DNA of 64,000 nt. It comes from Lachnospiraceae bacterium. GTDB lineage: Bacteria > Bacillota > Clostridia > Lachnospirales > Lachnospiraceae. Below the pieces are notes generated by a model, which did not search any database, was not told where the DNA came from, and saw nothing but the letters and a program-made list of their open reading frames with translations. The position numbers were made by a program, and so were the translations under genes. The stretch lies in assembly GCA_051653625.1 (NCBI GenBank), contig JBOFWM010000063.1, positions 9,799 to 73,798 of the forward strand. Reading direction: 5' to 3'. Numbering within the stretch: position 1 is the stretch's first letter; every line of letters starts with the position of its first letter. Below, one piece after another: positions 16,697-26,580 of this stretch.

Positions 16697-16753
16697 ACGA
16701 TGTATAAGTTGTATTATAAAGGGTTTATCTGTTGTACAGCTTATACTATCGTT
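16697..16753 (+). terminator. long imperfect inverted repeat; possible terminator of the 70-aa ORF
   Basis: aacgatgtataagttgta ... tacagcttatactatcgtt forms a stem of about 17 bp with one bulge, followed by tt-aac-tt. The U-run is weak. Confidence 0.35.
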
Positions 16754-16817
16754 TTAACTTGTAATAAAAGGAAATAAATGTTTGTTGTAAAAATTTAATG
16801 ACGAAAGAATGATAGTT

Positions 16818-16826
16818 TGCTATAAT
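16818..16826 (+). promoter_or_regulatory. extended -10 promoter element (TGcTATAAT) for the GH18 gene
   Basis: Read directly from the sequence. It lies 40 nt upstream of ATG 16866 and inside the longer ORF-track reading frame. Confidence 0.45.
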
Positions 16827-16865
16827 AAAGCAAAATTTATTTGCTTGAAGGGAGTATTTACACAA

Positions 16866-18551
16866 ATGAAAAGACTTATACCATTTTTTTGTGCTATCAT
16901 TTTAATAATCATAATAGGGGTAGTCAGTCTTTTAAGTGGCGTGTTTGATCGTTTTTCATATTCTGATGTAAAAAGAGATTTGCTTTCTTATTTCAACATT
17001 CAGGGTGATGAAGTTGCGCTTATAATAGAAAATGAAATAAGAGAAGAAAAAGCATATACAATTGATGAAGTACACTATTTAAAATACAATGACATAAAAA
17101 CAATGTTTAATGATCGATTCTTTTATGATTTTAATGAAGGGCTTTTGCTTTATACAACGCCAACACAAATTATAAAAACAACAATTGGAGATACCATTTA
17201 TACAGTGGATCAAGAGTTGGTAGAAGAAGACTATGTCATTACAAGAATAATAAATGAAGAATTATATGTAGCGATTGATTATGTAAATAAATACACTAAT
17301 TTTACATATGAAGTATTTGCGAATCCGACTAGAATTCAAATAAAAACAAATGCAAAAGAAATAGTTGTAGCAAATATAAAAAAAGATACGCAAGTGCGTT
17401 ATCAAGGTGGAATAAAAAGTGATATTTTACGTGAATTAGTAATAGGTGAAGAAGTTATTGTTTTAGAAGAGTTAGAAAATTGGTCAAAAATAATAACAAA
17501 TGATGCATTAATTGGATATGTAGAGAATAAAAGGCTTGAAAATAAAGAAACTAAACAGGAAGAGGAAATCAATGTCTATGTAATGCCTGAATATTCAGAC
17601 AATACAAGAGATTACACTATAAATTTAGGTTGGCATCAAGTAATGTCGGTAGGAGCAAATGCAACAATTCATGAAAGGATTAAAGATACAAAATCCATGA
17701 ATGTTATTTCTCCAACATGGTATTCTTTGAATGATAATAATGGGAATTTCACAAGTTTAGCTAGTCAAGATTATGTTCGTGCTGCACATGAGAATGGATT
17801 AGAGGTATGGGCATTAATTGATAATTTTAATGCAAATGTTAGTACTTGTGAAGTTTTAACTTATACTAGTAAAAGAGAACGCTTGATAAAAGGGGTTATT
17901 GAAGAAACATTAAAATATGGAATAGATGGAATTAACTTAGATTTTGAAGAAGTTTCGTATGATGCAGGAGAAGCATATGTTCAATTTATAAGAGAACTAT
18001 CGATTCAATGTAGATTAAATAATATCGTACTGTCTATAGATAATTATGTTCCAAGAGAGTCCACAACTCACTATAATAGAAAAGAACAAGGAATTGTAGC
18101 TGATTATGTTATTATTATGGGATATGATGAACACTGGGGTGGTGGCGGTGTTGCAGGCTCTGTAGCATCTATTAAGTTTGTAGAAGATGGAATACAAAGA
18201 ACGATAAATGAGGTTCCAAGCCGTAAAGTAATTAATGCCGTTCCTTTTTATACAAGAGTATGGAAAACAGAAGGAAATACTGTGACAAGTGAAGCGGTTG
18301 GCATGGAAGTAGCAAGTAGTTTTATTGAACGTAATGCGGTAGAAGTTTTTTGGGATGAAGAAACGTGTCAAAATTATGGGGAGATTCAAATCGATAATAT
18401 TTTCTATCAAGTATGGTTAGAGGATGAAAAATCAATTGAAACAAAACTTACTATTATGAAAAAATATGATTTAGGTGGAGTTGCTGCGTGGAAACTTGGA
18501 TTTGAAACACCGACTATTTGGAATGTTATAGCAGCATATGTAAACAACTAA
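16866..18551 (+). CDS. SH3b-domain glycoside hydrolase family 18 protein (YaaH/SleL/YdhD-like peptidoglycan/cortex hydrolase)
   Basis: N-terminal TM, an SH3b-like segment (VRYQGGIKSDILRELVIGEEVIVLEELENWSKIITNDALIGYVE) and the GH18 catalytic motif GIDGINLDFEE. ATG 16866 with RBS gaagggag is preferred over 16809. Confidence 0.75.
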   Translation: MKRLIPFFCAIILIIIIGVVSLLSGVFDRFSYSDVKRDLLSYFNIQGDEVALIIENEIREEKAYTIDEVHYLKYNDIKTMFNDRFFYDFNEGLLLYTTPTQIIKTTIGDTIYTVDQELVEEDYVITRIINEELYVAIDYVNKYTNFTYEVFANPTRIQIKTNAKEIVVANIKKDTQVRYQGGIKSDILRELVIGEEVIVLEELENWSKIITNDALIGYVENKRLENKETKQEEEINVYVMPEYSDNTRDYTINLGWHQVMSVGANATIHERIKDTKSMNVISPTWYSLNDNNGNFTSLASQDYVRAAHENGLEVWALIDNFNANVSTCEVLTYTSKRERLIKGVIEETLKYGIDGINLDFEEVSYDAGEAYVQFIRELSIQCRLNNIVLSIDNYVPRESTTHYNRKEQGIVADYVIIMGYDEHWGGGGVAGSVASIKFVEDGIQRTINEVPSRKVINAVPFYTRVWKTEGNTVTSEAVGMEVASSFIERNAVEVFWDEETCQNYGEIQIDNIFYQVWLEDEKSIETKLTIMKKYDLGGVAAWKLGFETPTIWNVIAAYVNN

Positions 18552-18556
18552 AAGAA

Positions 18557-18587
18557 AGACTGATGTTGAAAAACATTAGTCTTTTTT
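18557..18587. terminator. terminator between the GH18 gene and the convergent amidase gene
   Basis: Stem agactgatgtt / aacattagtct (one G-U pair), then 6 T. An A-rich run lies upstream. Confidence 0.75.
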
Positions 18588-19359
18588 AGGTGGAATCGCT
18601 ATTTAAATATTGCATTATACCAAGATGAATGGCCCATGCCATAGATTCTTGATATTCTTTTTCAACCAAAAGAGAAGCTTCTTTTGTATTCGATAAAAAT
18701 CCACATTCAACAATCACCATAGATACACTTGTGTTTTTTAATAAATAGTAACTCGTATCTCCTTTTGGTAGACGAATTTTACTTTGATTAGTAGTAGATA
18801 CAATTTGATTTTGTATTAGAGTTGCAAGTGTATTTCCACTGGAACTATTGGAATGATAAAAAGTTTGTGCACCTATGATTGATTCGTCGGGATAACTATT
18901 TTGATGAATGCTTATTACAAGATCGGGTTGTACTTCTTCTATAATTGCAACACGATTCCTTAAATCTTGAATTTTTTTATTTGTTGCAGAAGCGGAATAA
19001 AGACCGGCATCCGTTGTACGTGTCATAACAACTTGAACATCTTGTGTTAACAGAAGCGATTCTAGGCGCTTTGCAATTGCTAAATTAATATCTTTTTCTT
19101 TTGAACCATTTACACCGACTTTTCCGGGGTCATCGCCTCCATGTCCTGCATCAATTACTACAATTGGTAATTCCTTTGAAAGAGAATAAGAGTTTATGGA
19201 AAAGTTATTTGTAAATTTACTTACTTGTTTTGAAAGTAATATCATAGAAAACAAAAATAGTAAAGTCATAAAAGTATTGAGAAGCTTATGGTTATATTTC
19301 ATATGGGAACCTATTCTAATGGTGTTATTTATAGGATATGATATATTCTTTTTATTCAT
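18586..19359 (-). CDS. cwlD: N-acetylmuramoyl-L-alanine amidase (Amidase_3; CwlD-like)
   Basis: VVIDAGHGGDDPGKVGVNGSKEKDINLAIAKRL..IHQNS..ECGFLSN is an Amidase_3 core, with a single N-terminal TM as in germination-specific CwlD. The start is 19359 or 19302. Confidence 0.7.
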   Translation of the reverse strand: MNKKNISYPINNTIRIGSHMKYNHKLLNTFMTLLFLFSMILLSKQVSKFTNNFSINSYSLSKELPIVVIDAGHGGDDPGKVGVNGSKEKDINLAIAKRLESLLLTQDVQVVMTRTTDAGLYSASATNKKIQDLRNRVAIIEEVQPDLVISIHQNSYPDESIIGAQTFYHSNSSSGNTLATLIQNQIVSTTNQSKIRLPKGDTSYYLLKNTSVSMVIVECGFLSNTKEASLLVEKEYQESMAWAIHLGIMQYLNSDST

Positions 19360-19436
19360 ACCTGTTAAATCTATTTGTAAAAGAGAAATAAATAGTTTAT
19401 GATATAAAAAAGTGGAAAAGAAAGAGGATGATAGGT

Positions 19437-20393
19437 TTGAAGTGGACGAAAATTAGAATTAAAACAATTACAGAAGCAGAAGATATTATTATTAGTAGTT
19501 TATATGATTTGGGATTAGAAGGGGCACAAATAGAAGATAATATTCCTCTTAGTCCTTTAGAAAAAGAGCAAATGTTCGTTGATATTTTACCAGAAACAAA
19601 GGAAGATGATGGGATTGCTTATCTTAATTTTTTTGTGGAAGAGGAAAATACAAACCATATTGAAGAGTTAATTGGAGCTGTAAAAGAGGAACTAGAAAAT
19701 ATTAGAACATTTATGGAAATTGGAGAGGGAACAGTAGAAGTAAGTTTAACAGATGATGTGGATTGGATTAATAATTGGAAAGAATTTTTTCATCAATTCT
19801 ACATTGATGATATTCTAGTTATTCCTTCATGGGAAAAAATAGAAGAAAAAAAAGAAGATCAACTTGTACTGCATATTGATCCAGGAACAGCATTTGGAAC
19901 GGGAATGCATGAAACAACACAATTATGTATTAAATCATTACGAAAATATATTGGATCTACCACAAATGTATTAGATGTAGGAACGGGAAGTGGAATTTTA
20001 TCCATTTTATCTATTCTTTTTGGTGCGGAAAAATGTATTGGTACAGATCTTGATATATGTACAATTGATGCTGTAAAAGAGAATATGATAAATAATGGAA
20101 TCAAAGAGGAACAGTTTGAATTAAAAATAGGAAATATTATTGATGATATACAGTTACAACAAACGTTACAATTAGAACAATTTGGTGTTGTAGTTGCAAA
20201 TATTTTAGCAGAGGTGTTAGTTCCGCTTACAAAAAGTATTGCACCGCTTTTGAAAAAAGATACTATTTATATTACCTCAGGAATTATTGATGATAAAGAA
20301 GCGTTGGTAAAAGAATGTATGATTGAAAATGGATTTACTATTTTAGAAGTAAATTATCAAGGAGAATGGGTAAGTATTACAGCGAAAAAATAA
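19437..20393 (+). CDS. prmA: ribosomal protein L11 methyltransferase
   Basis: (M)KWTKIRIKT.. is the typical PrmA N-terminus, reached from TTG 19437 (GAGG 9 nt upstream). It has the SAM motif VLDVGTGSGILSI. The ORF-track ATG 19428 has no spacing to the RBS. Confidence 0.88.
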   Translation: MKWTKIRIKTITEAEDIIISSLYDLGLEGAQIEDNIPLSPLEKEQMFVDILPETKEDDGIAYLNFFVEEENTNHIEELIGAVKEELENIRTFMEIGEGTVEVSLTDDVDWINNWKEFFHQFYIDDILVIPSWEKIEEKKEDQLVLHIDPGTAFGTGMHETTQLCIKSLRKYIGSTTNVLDVGTGSGILSILSILFGAEKCIGTDLDICTIDAVKENMINNGIKEEQFELKIGNIIDDIQLQQTLQLEQFGVVVANILAEVLVPLTKSIAPLLKKDTIYITSGIIDDKEALVKECMIENGFTILEVNYQGEWVSITAKK

Positions 20394-20408
20394 GAAGGGA
20401 TGAAAAGA

Positions 20409-21149
20409 ATGCATCATTTTTTTATTGAGCAACATCAAATTTTAGAAACTACAATTAATATTAAGGGAAGTGATGTAAATCATATTAAGAATGTTCTGCG
20501 TATGAAGCAAGGGGAACACGTATCTTTAAGTGATATAGAGAGTGGAAAAGAGTATACGTGTGCTATTTTACAATTTTTAGAGGAAGAAATCGAATGTGAA
20601 ATTATAGCGGTAACAGAGAGTGAAACAGAATTAAATACGAAAATATATTTATTTCAAGGACTTCCTAAAAGTGATAAAATGGAACTTATTATTCAAAAAG
20701 CAGTTGAACTTGGAGTGTATGAAATTATCCCGGTAGCGACAAAAAGATGTGTCGTAAAACTAGACGAAAAAAAAGCGAAAAATAAAATTGCAAGATGGCA
20801 AGAAATTTCAAAAGCGGCAGCAAAACAAAGTAAACGCAGTATTGTTCCAAAGATTCAACATGTAATGACTTTAAAAGAAGCGTTGGAATATGCAAAGAAT
20901 ATAGAACTAAAAGTGATTCCTTATGAAGATCATATTGGTTTTTTGGAAACGAAAACGATGTTTCAGACGATAAACGAAAAAGAGAGTATTGCTGTTTATA
21001 TTGGACCAGAAGGTGGATTCGACATAACAGAAATAGAGCTTGCAAAAGAATATTCTACGCTTCCTATATCACTTGGAAAAAGAATTTTAAGAACAGAAAC
21101 AGCTGGTTTTACAATTTTGTCTTGGATTATGTATCATTTAGAGGGATAA
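20409..21149 (+). CDS. rsmE: 16S rRNA (uracil1498-N3)-methyltransferase
   Basis: MHHFFIEQ.. N-terminus, GPEGGF and LGKRILRTETA motifs. Synteny with prmA matches B. subtilis yqeT-yqeU. Confidence 0.88.
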   Translation: MHHFFIEQHQILETTINIKGSDVNHIKNVLRMKQGEHVSLSDIESGKEYTCAILQFLEEEIECEIIAVTESETELNTKIYLFQGLPKSDKMELIIQKAVELGVYEIIPVATKRCVVKLDEKKAKNKIARWQEISKAAAKQSKRSIVPKIQHVMTLKEALEYAKNIELKVIPYEDHIGFLETKTMFQTINEKESIAVYIGPEGGFDITEIELAKEYSTLPISLGKRILRTETAGFTILSWIMYHLEG

Positions 21150-21220
21150 GAAGTACGAAACAAGCAGTTCTTTCATAAAATAAGGTAAAGATAATAATGA
21201 GTTTAGAATGGAGAAGTGAA

Positions 21221-22375
21221 ATGGAAGTTTATTTAGACAATTCCGCGACTACAAAGTGTTTTGATAGTGTGATAGAACTTATGTCTGATATCATGAGAAA
21301 TCATTATGGAAACCCAGCAAGTATGCATAAAATGGGAATTGATGCAGAAGACTATATTCGATATGCAAAGCAGGTTATTTCAAAAAATCTCAAAGTGGAA
21401 GAAAAAGAAATCGTATTTACTTCTGGAGGAACGGAATCGGATAATCTTGCAATTATTGGAACAGCTTTTGCAAATGAACGAGCAGGAAAGCATATTATTA
21501 CGACAAAAATTGAACACCCTGCAGTATTAGATGTAATGACATACTTAGAGACAAAAGGATTTGAAGTAACATATTTATCCGTGGATGAATATGGATGTAT
21601 TTTTTTAGAGGAATTGAAAGAATCTCTTAGAGAAGATACAATTTTAGTTTCAATCATGCATACAAATAATGAAATTGGTGCAACACAACCATTGACGCAA
21701 ATTGGAAAAATAATTAAAGAATATAATGAAAAAATTGCATTTCATGTGGATGCTGTTCAAGGATATGGAAAATGTTATATTTTTCCAAAACGAGTGGGAA
21801 TTGACTTGCTATCAGTAAGTGGACATAAGTTACATGGTCCAAAAGGTGTTGGATTTTTATATATTAATTCAAAAATAAAAATTAGTCCACTTTTTCATGG
21901 TGGTGGTCAACAAATGGGGATTCGATCTGGTACAGAAAATGTTCCATCTATTGCAGGAATGGCAAAGGCAATTGAAGAATGTTATAAAAATTTAAAAGAT
22001 GATGTTGAAAGAATGTATTCGCTAAGAAACCATTTTATTAAAGGGTTGCTTTTAATTGAACATGTTAAAATAAATTGTATGGAAGAATCTTTTAGTGCTC
22101 CACATATTATAAGTGCATCTGTTTTTGGAATAAAAAGTGAGGTGTTGCTGCATGCATTAGAAGAAAAAGGGATTTATGTATCAGCAGGAAGTGCATGTGC
22201 AGCAAAAAAACATAAAACATCAGGCACATTACTTGCAATAGGAGCAGATAAAGAGATGTTAGATTCTACCATACGTTTTAGTATATCTACCTTTACTACA
22301 AAAGAAGAAATTGACTATACATTAGAAAGCTTATATGATATAATCCCTATGCTTCGTAAATACACACGGCACTAA
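21221..22375 (+). CDS. cysteine desulfurase (NifS/IscS family)
   Basis: MEVYLDNSATT N-terminus, PLP lysine motif SGHKLHGPKGVG and an active-site loop with GSAC. GGAG lies 7 nt upstream of ATG 21221. It is adjacent to thiI. Confidence 0.88.
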   Translation: MEVYLDNSATTKCFDSVIELMSDIMRNHYGNPASMHKMGIDAEDYIRYAKQVISKNLKVEEKEIVFTSGGTESDNLAIIGTAFANERAGKHIITTKIEHPAVLDVMTYLETKGFEVTYLSVDEYGCIFLEELKESLREDTILVSIMHTNNEIGATQPLTQIGKIIKEYNEKIAFHVDAVQGYGKCYIFPKRVGIDLLSVSGHKLHGPKGVGFLYINSKIKISPLFHGGGQQMGIRSGTENVPSIAGMAKAIEECYKNLKDDVERMYSLRNHFIKGLLLIEHVKINCMEESFSAPHIISASVFGIKSEVLLHALEEKGIYVSAGSACAAKKHKTSGTLLAIGADKEMLDSTIRFSISTFTTKEEIDYTLESLYDIIPMLRKYTRH

Positions 22376-22389
22376 AAAGGAGAAGTAAA

Positions 22390-23574
22390 ATGTTTACTGC
22401 ATTTTTGATAAAATACGCTGAAATTGGCGTAAAAGGAAAAAATAGATATATATTTGAGGATGCACTTGTGCAACAAATAAAATATGCATTAAAAAGATGC
22501 GAAGGAGAGTTTAAGCTTAGAAAAACGCAAGGTCGTATTTATGTAGATGCAATTACGGAATTTGATTTTGATGAAACCGTTGAGTGTTTAAAAACAGTAT
22601 TTGGTATTTCAGGAATCTGCCCAGTTGTTTATGTGGAAGATGAAGGTGTTGAAAAATTATGCGATACAGTAGCCAAATATATAGATGATGTATATAAAGA
22701 TAAAAATAAGACATTTAAAGTGTCTGCTAGAAGAGCACGAAAAAATTATCCGTTAGATACTATGGAGATTAATGCTAAAATGGGAGGCGTTATTTTAGAT
22801 GCTTATCCAGAAATGAAAGTAGATGTTCATAATCCAGATATTACTTTAAATATAGAGATTAGAGAAAAAATATATATTTATTCTGTTGTTATAAAAGGAC
22901 CTGGTGGAATGCCAGTTGGAACAAATGGAAAAGCAATGTTATTGTTATCTGGCGGAATTGATTCTCCAGTTGCAGGCTATTTGATTAGTAAGCGAGGGGT
23001 GAAAATAGATGCAGTTTATTTTCATGCTCCACCGTATACAAGCGAGAGAGCAAAACAAAAAGTAGTTGATTTGGCAAGATATGTCTCAAAATATAGTGGA
23101 CCAATTTACTTGCATGTTATTAATTTTACGGATATTCAATTGGCAATTTATGAAAAATGTCCTCATGAAGAATTAACAATTATTATGAGAAGATATATGA
23201 TGAAAATTGCAGAGCATATTGCAAATGAAACACAATGTCTTGGACTGATAACAGGTGAAAGTATTGGGCAAGTGGCAAGTCAAACCATGCATTCATTGGC
23301 ATGTACAGATGATGCGGTAACAATTCCAGTATACAGACCTTGTATTGGAATGGACAAACAAGAAATTGTTGATATTTCAGAAACGATTAATACGTTTGAA
23401 ACTTCTATATTACCATATGAAGATTGCTGCACTATTTTTGTTGCAAAACATCCTGTAACAAAACCAAATTTAGAATATATTAAGCGACATGAAAAGAATT
23501 TAGAAGGTGTAATTGAAGACTTGTGCGAAAAGGCATTGTCTACAAAAGAAACGATTATTGTTAAAGCAGAGTAA
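22390..23574 (+). CDS. thiI: tRNA 4-thiouridine(8) synthase
   Basis: THUMP-type N-terminal half and the PP-loop motif LLSGGIDSPVA. Confidence 0.9.
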   Translation: MFTAFLIKYAEIGVKGKNRYIFEDALVQQIKYALKRCEGEFKLRKTQGRIYVDAITEFDFDETVECLKTVFGISGICPVVYVEDEGVEKLCDTVAKYIDDVYKDKNKTFKVSARRARKNYPLDTMEINAKMGGVILDAYPEMKVDVHNPDITLNIEIREKIYIYSVVIKGPGGMPVGTNGKAMLLLSGGIDSPVAGYLISKRGVKIDAVYFHAPPYTSERAKQKVVDLARYVSKYSGPIYLHVINFTDIQLAIYEKCPHEELTIIMRRYMMKIAEHIANETQCLGLITGESIGQVASQTMHSLACTDDAVTIPVYRPCIGMDKQEIVDISETINTFETSILPYEDCCTIFVAKHPVTKPNLEYIKRHEKNLEGVIEDLCEKALSTKETIIVKAE

Positions 23575-23580
23575 AATAAA

Positions 23581-23605
23581 AAAGCAAGACATATGTCTTG
23601 CTTTT
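23581..23605. terminator. palindromic terminator between thiI and the convergent HPr-like gene
   Basis: aaagcaagacat/atgtcttgcttt is a perfect palindrome flanked by A-rich and T-rich runs. Confidence 0.65.
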
Positions 23606-23632
23606 AAAGCACTGCAACCTACAAAATATAAC

Positions 23633-23869
23633 TTATTGTGATATAATGTATGGTTTAAGAATCTCTAATACAGTATCTGCATCGTCTTCAGCATGAATGT
23701 TTAAGTCGATAGGTTTAGATAAGTCTAAACTAAAAATACCCATTATAGATTTTGCGTCGATCACATATCTACCTGATACAAGATCGAAGTCGTAGTCGAA
23801 TTTTGTAATATCGTTTACAAATGATTTTACTTTGTCGATTGAGTTTAAAGAAATTTGTACTGTCTTCAT
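23633..23869 (-). CDS. HPr-fold protein lacking the His15 phosphorylation site (Crh-like)
   Basis: 78 aa. The region VIDAKSIMGIFSL matches the HPr/Crh Ser46 motif (KSIMG). The His15 loop (GxHARPA) is replaced by NSIDKVKSF. Confidence 0.7.
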   Translation of the reverse strand: MKTVQISLNSIDKVKSFVNDITKFDYDFDLVSGRYVIDAKSIMGIFSLDLSKPIDLNIHAEDDADTVLEILKPYIISQ

Positions 23870-23971
23870 TAAAAATTACCTCCTTAATATTTTCATACCC
23901 TATGTATATATAGTAAAGGTGTTGAATAAAAAAGTCAATGATAAAAGGATAGAAATTTAGAAAGGATTATT

Positions 23972-25357
23972 ATGTATAATGTATCACTGCACAACTTAGG
24001 GTGCAAAGTAAATGCTTATGAAATAGAGGTTATGCAACAAAACCTACAAGAAAATGGATACAAAATTGTGCCATTTGCCCCGGGGGCAGATATTTATATT
24101 ATAAATACATGTACTGTTACAAATATTGCAGACCGAAAAAGCAGACAAATGCTGCATAAAGCAAAAAAAATGAATCCAGAATCCATTGTTGTAGCAGTGG
24201 GTTGTTATGTACAAACTGGGAAAGAAGAAATTGAGCTTGATGATTGTATTGATTTAGCAATTGGAAATAATAGGAAGAAAGATTTAGTAGCAATCATAGA
24301 AGAATACTTATCTTCGGAAAATAGAAAAGATAAAATGTTGTCAAATTCAACTATACTTGATATTAATGATAAAGAAGTTATTGAGTATGAAGAAATGACA
24401 TTAAAGCAATCAGGAGAACATACGAGAGCGCATGTTAAAATTCAAGATGGATGTAATCAATTTTGTTCGTATTGCATTATTCCATTTGCTAGAGGGAGAG
24501 TAAGAAGTAGAAAATCAGAAGATATCATTCGTGAAGTAAAGGGACTTGTAGCATCTGGATATAAAGAAATTATAATTACGGGTATTCATATTAGTTCTTA
24601 TGGAATAGATTTTGTTTCACAAAATAGTGAAGATTATTTGACCTGTGAAAAAGACGAAAAGTTTCTTGCGCACAAAAACAAATATTTAATAAATGTAATA
24701 AAAAATATTCATGATATAGAAGGATTAGAACGCATTAGAATTGGATCATTAGAACCACGTATTATTACTCGTGAATTTATAGAAGAACTTCATAGCTTAG
24801 AAAAATTGTGTCCTCATTTTCATTTATCCTTACAAAGTGGTTGTGATGATACACTAAAAAGAATGAATCGTCATTATACAATAAAAGAATATAAAGAGAA
24901 AATTCAGTTGATACGAGAAATCTATAAGAAACCGGCTATTACAACAGATATTATTGTAGGGTTTCCAGGAGAAACACAAGAGGAATTTTTGACAAGTTAT
25001 GAAAATATTAAAGAAATTTCTTTTGCTGAAACACATGTATTTAAATATTCAAAACGAGAAGGCACAAAAGCTGCTCAAATGAAAGAGCAAGTCAATGACA
25101 CAGAAAAAACGCTACGAAGTAAGGCTCTTATCGAATTGAATGAAGTAAAATCACTTGAATATAAAGAATCATTTGTAGGACAAACTGTAATTGCCCTAAT
25201 AGAAGAAGAAAAAGAAATACTTGGAGAAAAATACAAGGTAGGATATACGGATGCATATTTGAAAATTGCTACAAAAAATGAAGAAATATCAATAAATAAA
25301 ATGTACAAAGGAATTGTGAAAAGTATCTTAAATAACTTGTATTTAGAATTAGAATAA
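23972..25357 (+). CDS. mtaB: tRNA methylthiotransferase MtaB (MiaB-like radical SAM)
   Basis: UPF0004 N-domain (LGCKVN..E), radical SAM CNQFCSYCIIP and a TRAM-like C-terminus. It lies in the prmA-rsmE neighbourhood, as B. subtilis yqeV does. Confidence 0.8.
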   Translation: MYNVSLHNLGCKVNAYEIEVMQQNLQENGYKIVPFAPGADIYIINTCTVTNIADRKSRQMLHKAKKMNPESIVVAVGCYVQTGKEEIELDDCIDLAIGNNRKKDLVAIIEEYLSSENRKDKMLSNSTILDINDKEVIEYEEMTLKQSGEHTRAHVKIQDGCNQFCSYCIIPFARGRVRSRKSEDIIREVKGLVASGYKEIIITGIHISSYGIDFVSQNSEDYLTCEKDEKFLAHKNKYLINVIKNIHDIEGLERIRIGSLEPRIITREFIEELHSLEKLCPHFHLSLQSGCDDTLKRMNRHYTIKEYKEKIQLIREIYKKPAITTDIIVGFPGETQEEFLTSYENIKEISFAETHVFKYSKREGTKAAQMKEQVNDTEKTLRSKALIELNEVKSLEYKESFVGQTVIALIEEEKEILGEKYKVGYTDAYLKIATKNEEISINKMYKGIVKSILNNLYLELE

Positions 25358-25437
25358 AAGTATTCATTGAAATTTAAGTGGAAATAAGGTAATATAAAAA
25401 AAACACGTAAAATGATTTGAAGGGAGCTGTTTTATAG

Positions 25438-25701
25438 ATGCAAGATTTAGAAAACACACAATTTTTTAAAGTAGAAGTAGAGCAAGAAACAGGAGTACAA
25501 GTTGTACTTGCTACTGTTTTTGATGCAATGACAGAAAAAGGCTATAATCCAGTAAACCAAATTGTTGGATATATTATGTCAGGGGATCCGACATATATTA
25601 CAAGTCATAAAAATGCAAGAAGTCTTATCATGAAAATAGAGAGAGATGAATTAGTAGAAGAACTTCTTAATTCTTATATTAAGAAAAATGGTTGGGTATA
25701 G
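25438..25701 (+). CDS. ireB: IreB-family regulatory phosphoprotein (UPF0297/YrzL)
   Basis: 87 aa: [33 protein letters not shown] is the family signature. It sits upstream of ruvX. Confidence 0.85.
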   Translation: MQDLENTQFFKVEVEQETGVQVVLATVFDAMTEKGYNPVNQIVGYIMSGDPTYITSHKNARSLIMKIERDELVEELLNSYIKKNGWV

Positions 25702-25714
25702 AGAGGAACGAAAT

Positions 25715-26146
25715 ATGCGAATAATGGGATTAGATTTTGGTGCAAAAACGGTAGGAGTTTCAATTAGTGATGCTCTTCTTATTACAGCACAAGGAAAAGA
25801 AATTATTCGTAGAAAAGAAGAAAATAAGTTGCGAAAAACTTTGGCAAGAATCGAAGAATTAATTTTAGAATATGACGTAGAAGAGATTGTATTAGGATAT
25901 CCTCTTAATATGGATGATAGTATTGGGGAACGTGCAATTAAAACAATAGAATTTCAAGAAAAACTAGAACGAAGAACTGGTCTTACTGTTCATTTATGGG
26001 ATGAAAGACTGACTACCGTTGCAGCGGATGATGTAATGATAGAGGCAGGTTTACGAAGAGAAGAACGAAAAGAATATGTGGATATGATTGCAGCGTCTTT
26101 CATATTGCAAGGATATCTTGATTTTAAAAAAAATAAAAATTCTTAA
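25715..26146 (+). CDS. ruvX: putative pre-16S rRNA nuclease / Holliday junction resolvase-like YqgF
   Basis: [19 protein letters not shown].. N-terminus and WDERLTT motif. ATG 25715 is preceded by gagagga. Confidence 0.9.
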   Translation: MRIMGLDFGAKTVGVSISDALLITAQGKEIIRRKEENKLRKTLARIEELILEYDVEEIVLGYPLNMDDSIGERAIKTIEFQEKLERRTGLTVHLWDERLTTVAADDVMIEAGLRREERKEYVDMIAASFILQGYLDFKKNKNS

Positions 26147-26200
26147 GATGTGCTATAGAATGTAAATGAATGAGAATAAAGGGTTAGGTAAAAAATAAAT

Positions 26201-26461
26201 ATGGAAAAGATTACGTTTTGCCCAGATGGTGAAGAACCAGTGGATTTTTTTGTGTTAGAACAAACAAAAATTGCGGGTATTAATTATATATTAGTGACAG
26301 ATGTTGAAGAAGGCGATGGAGAGGCATTAATCTTAAAAGATTTGTCGCAAGAAGAAGAAATGGAAAGTATTTATGCAATTGTTTCTGATGAAAGAGAGTT
26401 AGATGTTGTTGCGGAGATTTTTGAGGACCTATTAGAAGATGTTGCTTTTACGAGGGAATAA
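26201..26461 (+). CDS. DUF1292 family protein (YrzB-like)
   Basis: 86 aa, acidic. The pattern and its position after ruvX fit DUF1292. Confidence 0.7.
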   Translation: MEKITFCPDGEEPVDFFVLEQTKIAGINYILVTDVEEGDGEALILKDLSQEEEMESIYAIVSDERELDVVAEIFEDLLEDVAFTRE

Positions 26462-26580
26462 AATAAAAATAAAAGATAGAATGTAATGACTTCTAGGCAA
26501 AAGAAGTCTTATTGTCGTGCATGAAGTACGTCTTAATAAATATTATATTAAAATAAAAAGAAAAAATGGAGGAATTTTGA

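Noticed and set aside
18015-18410. 131-aa minus-strand ORF inside the GH18 gene, and the 68-aa plus-strand ORF 19196-19402 antisense to the amidase gene
   Set aside because: Both are antisense, low in complexity and without an RBS. The sense genes have clear catalytic motifs.
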